Source: a virus (taxonomy: Duplodnaviria; Heunggongvirae; Uroviricota; Caudoviricetes). Taken from it: 42,367 nucleotides of DNA. The translations under genes and the position numbers were made by a program. Location: IMG/VR virus record IMGVR_UViG_2563366848_000004; one strand, written 5' to 3'. The notes under the pieces are model-generated. The model was not told the DNA's origin. It saw nothing but the letters and a program-made list of their open reading frames with translations, and made no database searches. This document shows, piece after piece, positions 8,705 to 16,731 of this stretch (its first letter is position 1; each line of letters starts with the position of its first letter).

Positions 8705-8760
8705 AAATTCGCCTCAGGCTTGACAATAAATTAAGTCTCAGGCTTAATTTGATTGTATTC
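8705..8760 (+). promoter_or_regulatory. rightward early promoter with operator sites (OR/pR-like)
   Basis: TTGACA (8720..8725) - about 17 nt - CTTAAT; 17-bp site TTAAGTCTCAGGCTTAA (8731..8747, arms TTAAG/CTTAA) overlapping the -10; second CTCAGGCTT half-site at 8713..8721 overlapping the -35. Confidence 0.55.
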
Positions 8761-8775
8761 AAATCGGAGACAACG

Positions 8776-8994
8776 ATGAACGGGTTAACGAAAGCCATTA
8801 AGTCCGCTGGCACTGCAACAAATCTCGCAACCATGCTGGGCATCAAGCCGATGTCGGTCAGCCGCTGGAAAAACCGGTACCAGGGCGTGGTGCCTGCTGA
8901 TCGGGTCCTTCAAATCTACGCGGCTACCGGCGTAACTCCACACGAGCTGCGCCCTGATCTCTATCCAAACCCAAGTGACGGTTTACCAAAGTAA
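8776..8994 (+). CDS. Cro-like HTH regulator (YdaS family)
   Basis: 73-aa product from internal ATG with GGAGA SD; ...LATMLGIKPMSVSRWKNRYQGVVPADRVLQIYAATGVTPHELRPDLYP matches the YdaS/Cro-type pattern (HTH followed by P..RV..I...TG......LRPDL). Confidence 0.7.
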   Translation: MNGLTKAIKSAGTATNLATMLGIKPMSVSRWKNRYQGVVPADRVLQIYAATGVTPHELRPDLYPNPSDGLPK

Positions 8995-9005
8995 GGAATG
9001 TAACT

Positions 9006-9545
9006 ATGCAATCACTTACGTATCAACAGAGTAACGGGTTCATTTCAGCAGCGCTGATAAATCGCGCTCAACCAAAACCGGGCGTCAGTTGTGGTGCCCT
9101 CCGTGATGCTGTTCGCGCCTGGTCAGCAGTAGCCGGGCAGGACGTTGTAACGGCCCTGATCGTTGAAGAGTGGCACCGGATAGGTGGCGAAGGTATCGAC
9201 TTTCCGGCAGATCACAGCCGTGCCCGGCAGAAGCTGTTCCGCTTCCTGGATAACCATTTCAACAGCGAACGGTACCGCGAGAACGTCCGCCAGCTGACGC
9301 CGGCAATCCTCGCTGTCCTGCCGATTGAATACCGCAATCGTCTGCTACCAGAAGACAACGTAATGGCTCGTCTGGCAAGGCTGGAGAAGGAAACCAGCGA
9401 AGCGAAGATTGCTGTCGCAATGGATGCGCCACGTCATCAGAAGCTGAAAGAGTTGAGCGAGGGGATCGTGGAGATGTATCGCGTTGACCCTGGGTTAACC
9501 GGTCCGTTGATGGAAATGGTGCAGATTATGCTGGGGGCTATATGA
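9006..9545 (+). CDS. hypothetical early regulatory protein (YdaT/CII position)
   Basis: 179-aa ORF directly after the Cro-like gene; assignment by position only. Confidence 0.5.
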   Translation: MQSLTYQQSNGFISAALINRAQPKPGVSCGALRDAVRAWSAVAGQDVVTALIVEEWHRIGGEGIDFPADHSRARQKLFRFLDNHFNSERYRENVRQLTPAILAVLPIEYRNRLLPEDNVMARLARLEKETSEAKIAVAMDAPRHQKLKELSEGIVEMYRVDPGLTGPLMEMVQIMLGAI

Positions 9546-9629
9546 CCGGTTCAAAAATGGCGAAAGCCGCGGTGCTCGAACACCAACGGCTTTCAGGTGC
9601 AAAAACAGTGCGTAATTGCGGAGAACAGT

Positions 9630-10538
9630 ATGTCAAACACCGCTGAAATAATCAATTTCCCAAATAAAACCGAACAACCGGGAGGTCGTATGGCCGACCT
9701 GTCGAACGGGTATACCAAGGTCGCTAACGAGATCCAACAGCTTAAGCCTCGCCTGAGACTGTCAGGCCGGGAATGGCAATGTTTTGAGGCGGTGATCTGG
9801 CTTACCTACGGCTGGAACAAGAAACAGGACCGTGTGACAAATACGGTTATTGCCGAGCTTACGGGCCTGAGCGATACGCATGTATCGGACGCGCTTAAGT
9901 CTCTCGCAGAACGCAAAATCATCTTTTCACAGAAGCAGGGCATGATGAAAATCGTCGGTGTAAACACTGACCTTTCAGCATGGATTTTAGACAAACCGGA
10001 AACGGGAAGAAAATTCCCGAAAACGGGAAAATCCTTCCCGAAATCAGGAATAACCTTCCCGAAAACGGTAGACACCCAATACAAGAACAAGAACAGTATT
10101 AAAAGATCTTCGTCCGAGAATTCTGACGAATCCTCTGACGCACGTCTGAAGAAATTTTTATCAACTCATCCTGAAGCTGCGGTCTACACACCATCCGGTG
10201 CGAAGTGGGGCTCTGCTGAAGACCTCGAGACAGCTAAGTGGATTTCCTCCAGGGTGAAGCTGATTAACCCAACCTGCAAAGCCCCGGACATGACCTCCTG
10301 GTCTAACACTGTTCGCCTGATGCGCCAGATAGACAACCGGTCGCACCAGGACATCTGCGCGCTGTATGACTGGGCTAGCAAACACCACTTCTGGCAGACC
10401 AACATCCTGAGTCCCGAAAGCCTGCGTAAGCAGTGGGACAAGCTGACAATGCAGCGTAACGCCGGAGGTGAGCAGCGCGCTGTCAAGCCAGATCTGGACT
10501 TCAACAACACTGACTGGGCCTATGGGGTGATCCGATGA
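9630..10538 (+). CDS. replication initiator protein O-like
   Basis: Start at ATG with GGAGAA SD (track ORF begins earlier at GTG 9597); iteron repeats embedded in the coding sequence; 4-nt ATGA overlap with P gene as in lambda O-P. Confidence 0.8.
   Translation: MSNTAEIINFPNKTEQPGGRMADLSNGYTKVANEIQQLKPRLRLSGREWQCFEAVIWLTYGWNKKQDRVTNTVIAELTGLSDTHVSDALKSLAERKIIFSQKQGMMKIVGVNTDLSAWILDKPETGRKFPKTGKSFPKSGITFPKTVDTQYKNKNSIKRSSSENSDESSDARLKKFLSTHPEAAVYTPSGAKWGSAEDLETAKWISSRVKLINPTCKAPDMTSWSNTVRLMRQIDNRSHQDICALYDWASKHHFWQTNILSPESLRKQWDKLTMQRNAGGEQRAVKPDLDFNNTDWAYGVIR
10005..10070. repeat. origin iterons (about four direct repeats of TCCCGAAAACGGGAA-like units) inside the O gene
   Basis: ccggaaacgggaag / ttcccgaaaacgggaaa / ttcccgaaatcaggaa / ttcccgaaaacgg with an AT-rich stretch downstream; encoded as KFPKTGKSFPKSGITFPKT. 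Confidence 0.6.
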
Positions 10539-11224
10539 AATCTCTTGCAGAGCAGATGCGTAACCACGACCGCGAGCAGATGAGCCGCATGGCCCATAAC
10601 CTGCCAGAGCAGTACCAGGAGTGCGCGCCGGTCGAGCAGGTGGCGCAGGTATTCAACAAGCTGTTCAACGAGCTGCGCGCCGCGTTCCCGGCCAGCATGG
10701 CGAACTTCCGCACCCAGGAAGACCTGAACGAATTCCGCCGTCAGTGGCTGCTGGCGTTTCAGGAGAACGGGATCCACACCATGGCTCAGGTCGATGCCGG
10801 CATGCGCATTGCCCGCCGCCAGGAGCGCCCATTCCTGCCGTCGCCGGGCCAGTTCGTCGCCTGGTGCAAGCAGAGCGGCGGCGCGCTGGGCGTCAACGTT
10901 GACCAGGTGATCGCCGAATACTGGGACTGGCGTAACCGCTCGTTCGAATTCATCTCCAGCGAGCAATTTCCATGGTCGCAGCCGGTCATGTACCACATTT
11001 GCGTAGAATTGCGCCACCGCAGCACCGAGCGCCAGTTAACGCATGGTGAACTGGCACGCGAGGCAGGCGATCTGCTGGACATGTGGGAAAGGCGCGTCAC
11101 CGAGGGTAAGCCAGTGCCGCCGGTACGCCGGGCTATTGCCGCACCAGCTGCCGAGCAAGGGCCGACGCCGATCCAGCTGCTGCTGGCCAAGTACAACCGC
11201 AACAAGTCGAACGGGATGGTGTGA
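10535..11224 (+). CDS. P: replication protein P (DnaB helicase loader), lambda P-like
   Basis: 229-aa product MKSLAEQMRNHDREQMSRMAHNLPEQY...RRQERPFLPSPGQFVAWC closely parallels lambda P as remembered (MKNIAAQMVNFDREQMRRIANNMPEQY...RRQNRPFLPSPGQFVAWC). Confidence 0.9.
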   Translation: MKSLAEQMRNHDREQMSRMAHNLPEQYQECAPVEQVAQVFNKLFNELRAAFPASMANFRTQEDLNEFRRQWLLAFQENGIHTMAQVDAGMRIARRQERPFLPSPGQFVAWCKQSGGALGVNVDQVIAEYWDWRNRSFEFISSEQFPWSQPVMYHICVELRHRSTERQLTHGELAREAGDLLDMWERRVTEGKPVPPVRRAIAAPAAEQGPTPIQLLLAKYNRNKSNGMV

Positions 11225-11225
11225 C

Positions 11226-11426
11226 ATGAACATAACAATCCGTGAGCAGGTGCTGGCAGCCCTGCGCAACAACCCAGGGTTGAACAACGCCAAACTGGCA
11301 GGGCTTCCCGGAGTGGTACATCATCGATCAGGACTATCGGGGGCAGAAGTACGCGAAGGACAAGCAGGTTGCGCGTTGTGGCAACGCAGTTCCGCCGCCA
11401 TTCGCCGAGGCACTGGTGAGGGCTAA
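11226..11426 (+). CDS. hypothetical protein, probably a rearranged gene remnant
   Basis: ATG overlapping P stop (ren position); the +1 frame over its 3' half encodes ...CGNAVPPPFAEALVRANLPELCQQKEIAA with no start codon, ending at 11466. Confidence 0.3.
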   Translation: MNITIREQVLAALRNNPGLNNAKLAGLPGVVHHRSGLSGAEVREGQAGCALWQRSSAAIRRGTGEG

Positions 11427-11565
11427 TTTACCGGAGCTTTGTCAGCAGAAAGAGATCGCAGCTTAATGTCCGAGTTTCAGAACATGGTGTAACAAATCCT
11501 GCTACTTCAATGACGTAGATTCAAACCTGATATAATTAGGCTCTTCACAACACGAGGAGCCTAAA

Positions 11566-11802
11566 ATGCACCATTACATGATCCCTATCAACGGAACTGT
11601 TCACCTGATCAAGACTGACTCTCTAATCCCTGAAGGGACTGAGTATAGCTTTGAAGGAGAAAGTCTAATCTGCGCTCATGCCACTTTTAAATCTGGGACG
11701 TATGGCTTCCTGATACCAAAGGGAAATCAGTTGAATAGAGAGCATGCGTTCTGGCATGTAAGTGGAATTCACCCTAATCCCCTGGGAATGGATAAATCGT
11801 AA
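11566..11802 (+). CDS. hypothetical protein (78 aa) in AT-rich insert
   Basis: ORF with GAGGAG SD; lies between two roughly 83 percent identical 64-nt segments. Confidence 0.45.
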   Translation: MHHYMIPINGTVHLIKTDSLIPEGTEYSFEGESLICAHATFKSGTYGFLIPKGNQLNREHAFWHVSGIHPNPLGMDKS

Positions 11803-11913
11803 TCCATAATATGCATGCCATCGTCCTGAACATACGGTGGCATGCATCCGGCACTACAACAGAAACGTTAAAGTGCAAACAATACAATTCGAGCAATATT
11901 CAACCTGTCACAG

Positions 11914-12054
11914 ATGGCGAATACCACCGCCATTTCGTGCATTCTGTGGTTTCTATTACCCATTGCGTTAATGCTGTCCAATCATCAGCTCGCTGAGGCG
12001 CTGGTTAGGGCTAACCTACAGGAGCTTTGTCAGCAGAAACAAATAGCGGCGTAA
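11914..12054 (+). CDS. possible small hydrophobic protein (46 aa) sharing its C-terminal 20 aa with the upstream remnant
   Basis: Hand-translated MANTTAISCILWFLLPIALMLSNHQLAEALVRANLQELCQQKQIAA; no clear SD; overlaps a 61-aa track ORF in another frame. Confidence 0.25.
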   Translation: MANTTAISCILWFLLPIALMLSNHQLAEALVRANLQELCQQKQIAA

Positions 12055-12071
12055 TAAAACATCGCTAATTC

Positions 12072-12100
12072 AACCCGCTACGGCGGGTTTTCTTTTTTTA
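12072..12100 (+). terminator. rho-independent terminator
   Basis: CCCGC-tacg-GCGGG followed by TTTTCTTTTTTT. Confidence 0.45.
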
Positions 12101-12161
12101 CTACTGACAGAAAATTAACAATTTGTGCTCTTAAAGCGTTGATCATTTCCGCGCATAGGTA

Positions 12162-12181
12162 TACTGTATAAAAACACAGTA
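12162..12181 (+). promoter_or_regulatory. LexA (SOS) box overlapping the dinI-like promoter
   Basis: TACTGTATAAAAACACAGTA = CTGT-N8-ACAG with TA flanks, overlapping a TATACT -10-like hexamer, about 20 nt upstream of the DinI-family gene. Confidence 0.7.
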
Positions 12182-12199
12182 AATGCAATGGGGGCCATT

Positions 12200-12433
12200 A
12201 TGAAAGTTGAATTAACCATTGATCGCATGAAAGAACTTCCTAAAGGCGCAGTACCAGCACTGGAGAAAGAACTGCTTAAGCGCCTGAATGATCACTATGA
12301 CAATTGCAGGCTCACAATCCGCCGTGCCGGGGCCGATGGGTTAAGTGTTTTTGGTGGTGACAAGGACGATAAAAAGAAAATTGAATCAATCCTCCAGGAT
12401 ACCTGGGAAAGCGCTGACGACTGGTTTTATTAG
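12200..12433 (+). CDS. dinI: DinI-family DNA-damage-inducible protein
   Basis: MKVELTIDRMKELPKGAVPALEKEL...LSVFGGDKDDKKKIESILQDTWESADDWFY parallels E. coli DinI as remembered (MRIEVTIAKT...SVIGATKEDKQRISEILQETWESADDWF); LexA box upstream. Confidence 0.8.
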   Translation: MKVELTIDRMKELPKGAVPALEKELLKRLNDHYDNCRLTIRRAGADGLSVFGGDKDDKKKIESILQDTWESADDWFY

Positions 12434-12550
12434 AATTGCGCTTAAGGCTGGCGCGCATTTTTCAGAATACCGCAATTTGCGTAACCCTCTGATGCTGCTG
12501 CCGACAATCTTTAATCGCGTCTGTTAGTCGCTCGAAGGGAGAACATAAAT

Positions 12551-12799
12551 GTGAGTGATTCAGCTTTGCAAACGTCAGAAGACAACTGGTATGACATTGT
12601 AAGAAGGTCTGACGGCTGCGTGGTGTTTAGCTTTCCTTCATCGGGCAGGCATCTAATTTATCGCGTCAATGGCATGGTTTCTATGCGGCCTTTGCTGGAT
12701 GATGAAGAGGTCTTTACTCCTAATGGTTTTATGCAGTTTATTCACCGTCTCGGCTACCGGGTAACCCCACCTTCTGATAATATGAAATCAACGGTCTGA
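12551..12799 (+). CDS. hypothetical protein (82 aa)
   Basis: GTG start with AGGGAGA SD; no family recognised. Confidence 0.45.
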   Translation: MSDSALQTSEDNWYDIVRRSDGCVVFSFPSSGRHLIYRVNGMVSMRPLLDDEEVFTPNGFMQFIHRLGYRVTPPSDNMKSTV

Positions 12800-12833
12800 A
12801 CAACCGTAACCTACTGCGCCACGGAGAGAAACC

Positions 12834-13433
12834 ATGGCGCACGAACTACAACTCATCAAGCATTCCTCAGGAATCCTGATCCCCGCTACGCCGGAGACCA
12901 GTGATTTACTGCAATCAAAAATCAAACTCGGCTCCGTACTGGTGGCTGAGTTCCGGCAGGTACGCAACCCGGCCTTTCACCGTCGTTTCTTCGCGTTACT
13001 CAATCTCGGTTTCGAATACTGGGAACCCACCGGCGGGGCAATCTCCTCCAACGAACGCAAGCTGGTAACCGGCTATGCCAAGTTCCTTGCCTCATTCGCG
13101 GGAAGTGAAGCAGCACTCCTGGATGCTGCTGAGCAATATCTGGACCGCATCGCCGATAAGCGTACTGGTAGCATCTGCGCCTGTAAGTCATTCGATGCAT
13201 ATCGTGCATGGGTCACTATTGAGTCCGGCCATTACGACGCCATTCAGCTGCCTGACGGCACCCTCCGCAAACATCCCCGCAGTATCTCATTCGCAAATAT
13301 GGATGAAACTGAGTTCCAGCAGCTGTACAAAGCCGCGCTCGATGTTCTGTGGCGATGGATACTCTCCCGATCATTTCGCAGTTGTGAAGAGGCAGAAAAC
13401 GCCGCCGCCCAGCTGATGAGCTTTGCGGGGTGA
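12834..13433 (+). CDS. hypothetical nin-region protein (199 aa)
   Basis: ORF with GGAGAGA SD; position equivalent to the lambda nin region; no confident family call. Confidence 0.6.
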   Translation: MAHELQLIKHSSGILIPATPETSDLLQSKIKLGSVLVAEFRQVRNPAFHRRFFALLNLGFEYWEPTGGAISSNERKLVTGYAKFLASFAGSEAALLDAAEQYLDRIADKRTGSICACKSFDAYRAWVTIESGHYDAIQLPDGTLRKHPRSISFANMDETEFQQLYKAALDVLWRWILSRSFRSCEEAENAAAQLMSFAG

Positions 13434-13639
13434 TGGCGATGAAATTTTCCTGGTTCCACCATCACGAATGCACCACCGAACAGGCCGACGAGCTGGTGGA
13501 GAAATACCGGGCGCGCGGTGTAAAGACAGAGCGCAGCCTGAATCGCGACAACATCACCTGGACCGTCAGCGCGCAATTGCCGGAAGGCGATAACGCGCCT
13601 CGCCCGAGCCGGGTATGGCAAAGCAAGGCGTGGGGGTGA
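13433..13639 (+). CDS. small hypothetical nin-region protein
   Basis: Short ORF overlapping the stop of the upstream gene; start ambiguous (13430 GTG, 13433 or 13439 ATG). Confidence 0.4.
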   Translation: MAMKFSWFHHHECTTEQADELVEKYRARGVKTERSLNRDNITWTVSAQLPEGDNAPRPSRVWQSKAWG

Positions 13640-13641
13640 GC

Positions 13642-13932
13642 ATGGCAAATTTACGCAAAGAGGCTCGTGGTCGTGATTGTCAGGTTCGAATTCCCGGCGT
13701 CTGCAACGGTAACCCGGAAACGTCTGTACTGGCGCACATTCGCCTGGCCGGGTTATGTGGCACCGGAATCAAACCGCCTGATCTGATTGCCACCATTGCA
13801 TGCTCTGCCTGTCACGACGAGATCGACCGCCGTACACATTTTGTCGATGCTGAGTATGCTAAAGAATGCGCGCTGGAAGGTATGGCGAGAACGCAGGTTA
13901 TCTGGCTGAAAGAGGGGGTAATCAAGGCGTGA
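13642..13932 (+). CDS. YbcO-like protein (DUF1364-type, Cys/His-rich putative nuclease)
   Basis: Start at internal ATG ([28 protein letters not shown]...[10 protein letters not shown]) with GGGGGTGAG SD; immediately upstream of rusA as in DLP12. Confidence 0.7.
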   Translation: MANLRKEARGRDCQVRIPGVCNGNPETSVLAHIRLAGLCGTGIKPPDLIATIACSACHDEIDRRTHFVDAEYAKECALEGMARTQVIWLKEGVIKA

Positions 13933-14291
13933 ATACTTACAACATCACATTGCCCTGGCCGCCGAGCAATAACCGCTACTACCGCCATAATCGCGGGCGC
14001 ACGCACATCAGCGCAGAAGGGCAGGCATACCGCGATAACGTCGCCCGAATCATTAAAAACGCAATGCTGGATATCGGTCTGGCTATGCCTGTGAAAATCC
14101 GCATTGAGTGCCACATGCCGGATCGCCGTCGCCGTGACCTGGATAATCTGCAAAAGGCCGCTTTTGACGCACTCACCAAAGCAGGTTTCTGGCTGGACGA
14201 TGCTCAGGTCGTTGATTATCGCGTTGTGAAGATGCCCGTTACCAAAGGTGGAAAGCTGGAACTGACAATCACCGGGCTGGAGGCCGTATGA
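13929..14291 (+). CDS. rusA: Holliday junction resolvase RusA
   Basis: GTG start overlapping upstream stop; [108 protein letters not shown] matches E. coli RusA as remembered. Confidence 0.85.
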   Translation: MNTYNITLPWPPSNNRYYRHNRGRTHISAEGQAYRDNVARIIKNAMLDIGLAMPVKIRIECHMPDRRRRDLDNLQKAAFDALTKAGFWLDDAQVVDYRVVKMPVTKGGKLELTITGLEAV

Positions 14292-14424
14292 CATTTGAAT
14301 CCTGTTTTTCCGATCACCTCCGCGTTCGCTGGCAGCGGCTTCGCTTATACCACTTTCCCGGCTCTGTGCTAACGGACTACCGGATACTGAAGAATTACGT
14401 GAAAACTTATGCTGGAGAAGCACT

Positions 14425-15207
14425 ATGAACCTTGAAAACACAGTGAAATACCACTTCGCTAAATCCACACTGATTAGCGATTCTCCGCGCGCTACCGCCT
14501 CCGATTCACTGACCGGTACCGACATAATGGCTGCCATGGGCATGACGCAGGAACGCGCCGCAATGGGTTACAGCGCCTTCCTCGGCAAGATGGGCATAAG
14601 CAATAACGACCGGGATCGGGCGATCGGTCTGCTGGCTGAGTACGCGATGACAAAATGCGACAAGGTTGCCGCACTGCGTAAGCTCGGTGCCGCGGTTAAA
14701 CCTCAGGTGATGCACCAGTTGGCCACCTTCGCTTTTGAGGACTATTCCCGCAGCGCTGCCAGCGTGAAGCAGTGCGATTGTTGTGACGGTCAGGGCTTCA
14801 TTGAGGCTGACGTGTTTACCAATAAATTCCGTAAGCCAGAAGGGAAAATGACCGTGTCCGGGATGGTGAAGGTCAAAGAATCCATCAAAGTGCTATGCAA
14901 AAAGTGTAATGGCTCTGGTGTGGTTAGTGCTTCTTGCAGTGATTGCCATGGGCGCGGCAAGGCAGTGAACCAGGCTCTTACTGAGAAACAGGGCGTTCCT
15001 GTTCTGGCTGACTGTAAGCGCTGCGGAGGGCGTGGGTATGAACGACTTCCGTCGACTGAAGCCTATGCTGCTGTATGCCAGATTACTGACGCCATTAGCC
15101 TGGACACCTGGAAAAAGTCTGTTAAGCCATTCTACGACCTGCTGATCACGAAATTTGATATCGAAGAGTCCTGGGCCGAAAAACAGCTTAAGCAGATAAC
15201 GCGGTAA
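14425..15207 (+). CDS. late-gene antitermination protein Q-like
   Basis: 260-aa ORF with GGAGAAG SD; Cys-rich zinc-binding region (CDCCDGQG ... CKKCNGSG ... CSDCHGRG ... CKRCGGRG); immediately upstream of the lysis cassette. Confidence 0.75.
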   Translation: MNLENTVKYHFAKSTLISDSPRATASDSLTGTDIMAAMGMTQERAAMGYSAFLGKMGISNNDRDRAIGLLAEYAMTKCDKVAALRKLGAAVKPQVMHQLATFAFEDYSRSAASVKQCDCCDGQGFIEADVFTNKFRKPEGKMTVSGMVKVKESIKVLCKKCNGSGVVSASCSDCHGRGKAVNQALTEKQGVPVLADCKRCGGRGYERLPSTEAYAAVCQITDAISLDTWKKSVKPFYDLLITKFDIEESWAEKQLKQITR

Positions 15208-15306
15208 CGCCTATAGCGATAGCCTATGATTTTGTCTTGGGCTATTTACTTTTCCCGAATCTGTGTTAATTTTGTCCCAACGATGGGTTAATGCCTTCGT
15301 TTCAAG

Positions 15307-15340
15307 CCCTGCGGATAACACCGTGGGGTTTTTGCGTTTC
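15307..15340 (+). terminator. possible tR'-like terminator downstream of Q
   Basis: CCCTGCGG-ataaca-CCGTGGGG (stem with G-U pairs) followed by TTTTTGCGTTT; weak. Confidence 0.3.
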
Positions 15341-15410
15341 TGGAGACAGCAATACCAAGGTTCGAGACATTCAGGTAAAATTGATGCATTACAGGATGTG
15401 AGGTTGGGGA

Positions 15411-15980
15411 ATGAATAATCTACCCGATGATTACTTTTTGGATGCGGACGACGAACTCGTTGCTTTTCTGGAGAAGCAGGGCGAGGATTGTATACGCGAA
15501 ATTCACCAGTCCAACGCACTAAACAAAGAAAATGGCCAGAAGTTATTGAGTATACTCATTGCTGGCGTGGGCTCGTCATTTTTGTTATTAACGCAACGTA
15601 CAGGTTTTGATTACCTCACCGCTGGAATGTCTGTTTTTTTAGTCTACTGGGCAATGTGTGCGGCTTATCTTGTTCGCTGCGTCCTCGTTGTAAGGTCACG
15701 AGCTCTCGTGTCATCGACACCCTATGCGCTTTACCATGATGGCTATAAAGGGTTTACTGAAGATGATTACACTGGTTTTGAGTCGAAAGGATTTTCAGGA
15801 AAGCGTTCAACATTGAACGTCTTGCGGCGCTACCGGCTTGCGGATTTAACCAGAATGGCTGAAATGAGTAAAAAAGAGAATGCCAGAATAGGCCGAGAAC
15901 TAGAAAGGGTAAGGATCGCTACAATCCTCACCCCTGTTTGTGCACTTGTAATCTCAGTACTTACTTACCTTTTTTTCTGA
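15411..15980 (+). CDS. hypothetical membrane protein (189 aa) at the Q-lysis junction
   Basis: ORF with SD-like GAGGTTGGGGA; acidic N-terminus, two central and one C-terminal hydrophobic segments; occupies the classic moron site between Q and the holin. Confidence 0.55.
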   Translation: MNNLPDDYFLDADDELVAFLEKQGEDCIREIHQSNALNKENGQKLLSILIAGVGSSFLLLTQRTGFDYLTAGMSVFLVYWAMCAAYLVRCVLVVRSRALVSSTPYALYHDGYKGFTEDDYTGFESKGFSGKRSTLNVLRRYRLADLTRMAEMSKKENARIGRELERVRIATILTPVCALVISVLTYLFF

Positions 15981-16110
15981 TGTTTTCAGCAGAATCGGCA
16001 ACAAAGGTATAACCTGTCCTCAGATTTCTTTCGGCTGGCTGTGGAGCCGGTTTAGGCTGTGGTGCGGGTTGAGGCTTATTTTCTCCAGATGGTTTGTTTG
16101 ATTCACTCAT
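15961..16110 (-). CDS. possible proline-rich small protein (49 aa)
   Basis: Hand-translated MSESNKPSGENKPQPAPQPKPAPQPAERNLRTGYTFVADSAENIRKKGK with GGAGAA SD; convergent with and overlapping the end of the 189-aa gene; could be spurious. Confidence 0.25.
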   Translation of the reverse strand: MSESNKPSGENKPQPAPQPKPAPQPAERNLRTGYTFVADSAENIRKKGK

Positions 16111-16202
16111 ATAATTCTCCATGTTTGATAGGGTTATTTTTGGCGATTTAACGATATCAAATACAGTGATTTGCTGCTAGAGCATGCACTTATCTATAAC
16201 TC

Positions 16203-16230
16203 GCCCCGGCACCCGCTGGGGCTTTTTTAT
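16203..16230 (+). terminator. rho-independent terminator
   Basis: GCCCCGGC-accc-GCTGGGGC followed by TTTTTTATTT. Confidence 0.5.
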
Positions 16231-16344
16231 TTCCGGCTCACGGTAATCATCCGCTACGTGCTTTGTTGATAAATCCAACCCGTGAAGCCTGAGCCTATTT
16301 CCCCTCATACCTGAGAGGACTCACAGCAATTAAGAGGGGGCTAA

Positions 16345-16731
16345 ATGTCCGATCCAATTTCCGGTACTGGGCTGGCTGGTGGTGCCCTGACGGGTGCCAG
16401 TGTTTATGGACTGCTGACCGGAACTGATTACGGCGTTGTATTTGGCGCATTTGCAGGGGCTGTATTCTACATAGCAACAGCAGCGGATCTGAGCGCATCG
16501 CGCCGACTGGCATATTTTATCGTGTCGTATATTGCCGGGATCCTTTGCTCTGGGTTGGTTGGCTCCAAGCTGGCAAGCTTGACCGGATACAGTGATAAAC
16601 CTCTGGATGCCATTGGTGCCGTAATCGTATCTGCTTTAGCCGTTAAGATCCTGACGTTCCTGAATAATCAGGATATCGGGTCGCTGGTGGCGCTCATAAC
16701 GCGCCGGGGAGGTTCAGGTGGAGCTAAATGA
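16345..16731 (+). CDS. putative holin
   Basis: 128-aa Gly/Ala-rich membrane protein with several hydrophobic segments, first gene of the lysis cassette upstream of the endolysin. Confidence 0.6.
   Translation: MSDPISGTGLAGGALTGASVYGLLTGTDYGVVFGAFAGAVFYIATAADLSASRRLAYFIVSYIAGILCSGLVGSKLASLTGYSDKPLDAIGAVIVSALAVKILTFLNNQDIGSLVALITRRGGSGGAK

Noticed and set aside
9597-9629. Track-proposed upstream starts (GTG 9597 for O, 8242 for the 435-aa gene, 19763 for terL, 41636 for the invertase, 35650 for the spike, 26539 and 27905 for head-tail genes)
   Set aside because: The downstream ATG has a better SD and spacing, avoids overlap with the preceding gene or terminator, and gives the conserved N-terminus; the upstream extensions were treated as non-coding.
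11277-11466. Calling the start-less frame a C5-cytosine DNA methyltransferase fragment
   Set aside because: Only a short GNAVPP-like stretch resembles methyltransferase motif X, and the flanking residues do not fit the remembered consensus well; kept as a generic gene remnant.
11470-11565. Hairpin GGCTC...GAGCC upstream of the 78-aa ORF as a terminator or riboswitch
   Set aside because: It overlaps the SD of the downstream ORF and has a long loop and no T-tract; no support for a specific regulatory RNA.
15211-15519. 102-aa minus-strand ORF downstream of Q
   Set aside because: It overlaps the predicted late promoter and terminator region and the start of the 189-aa gene, and has no SD; it is more likely non-coding regulatory DNA.
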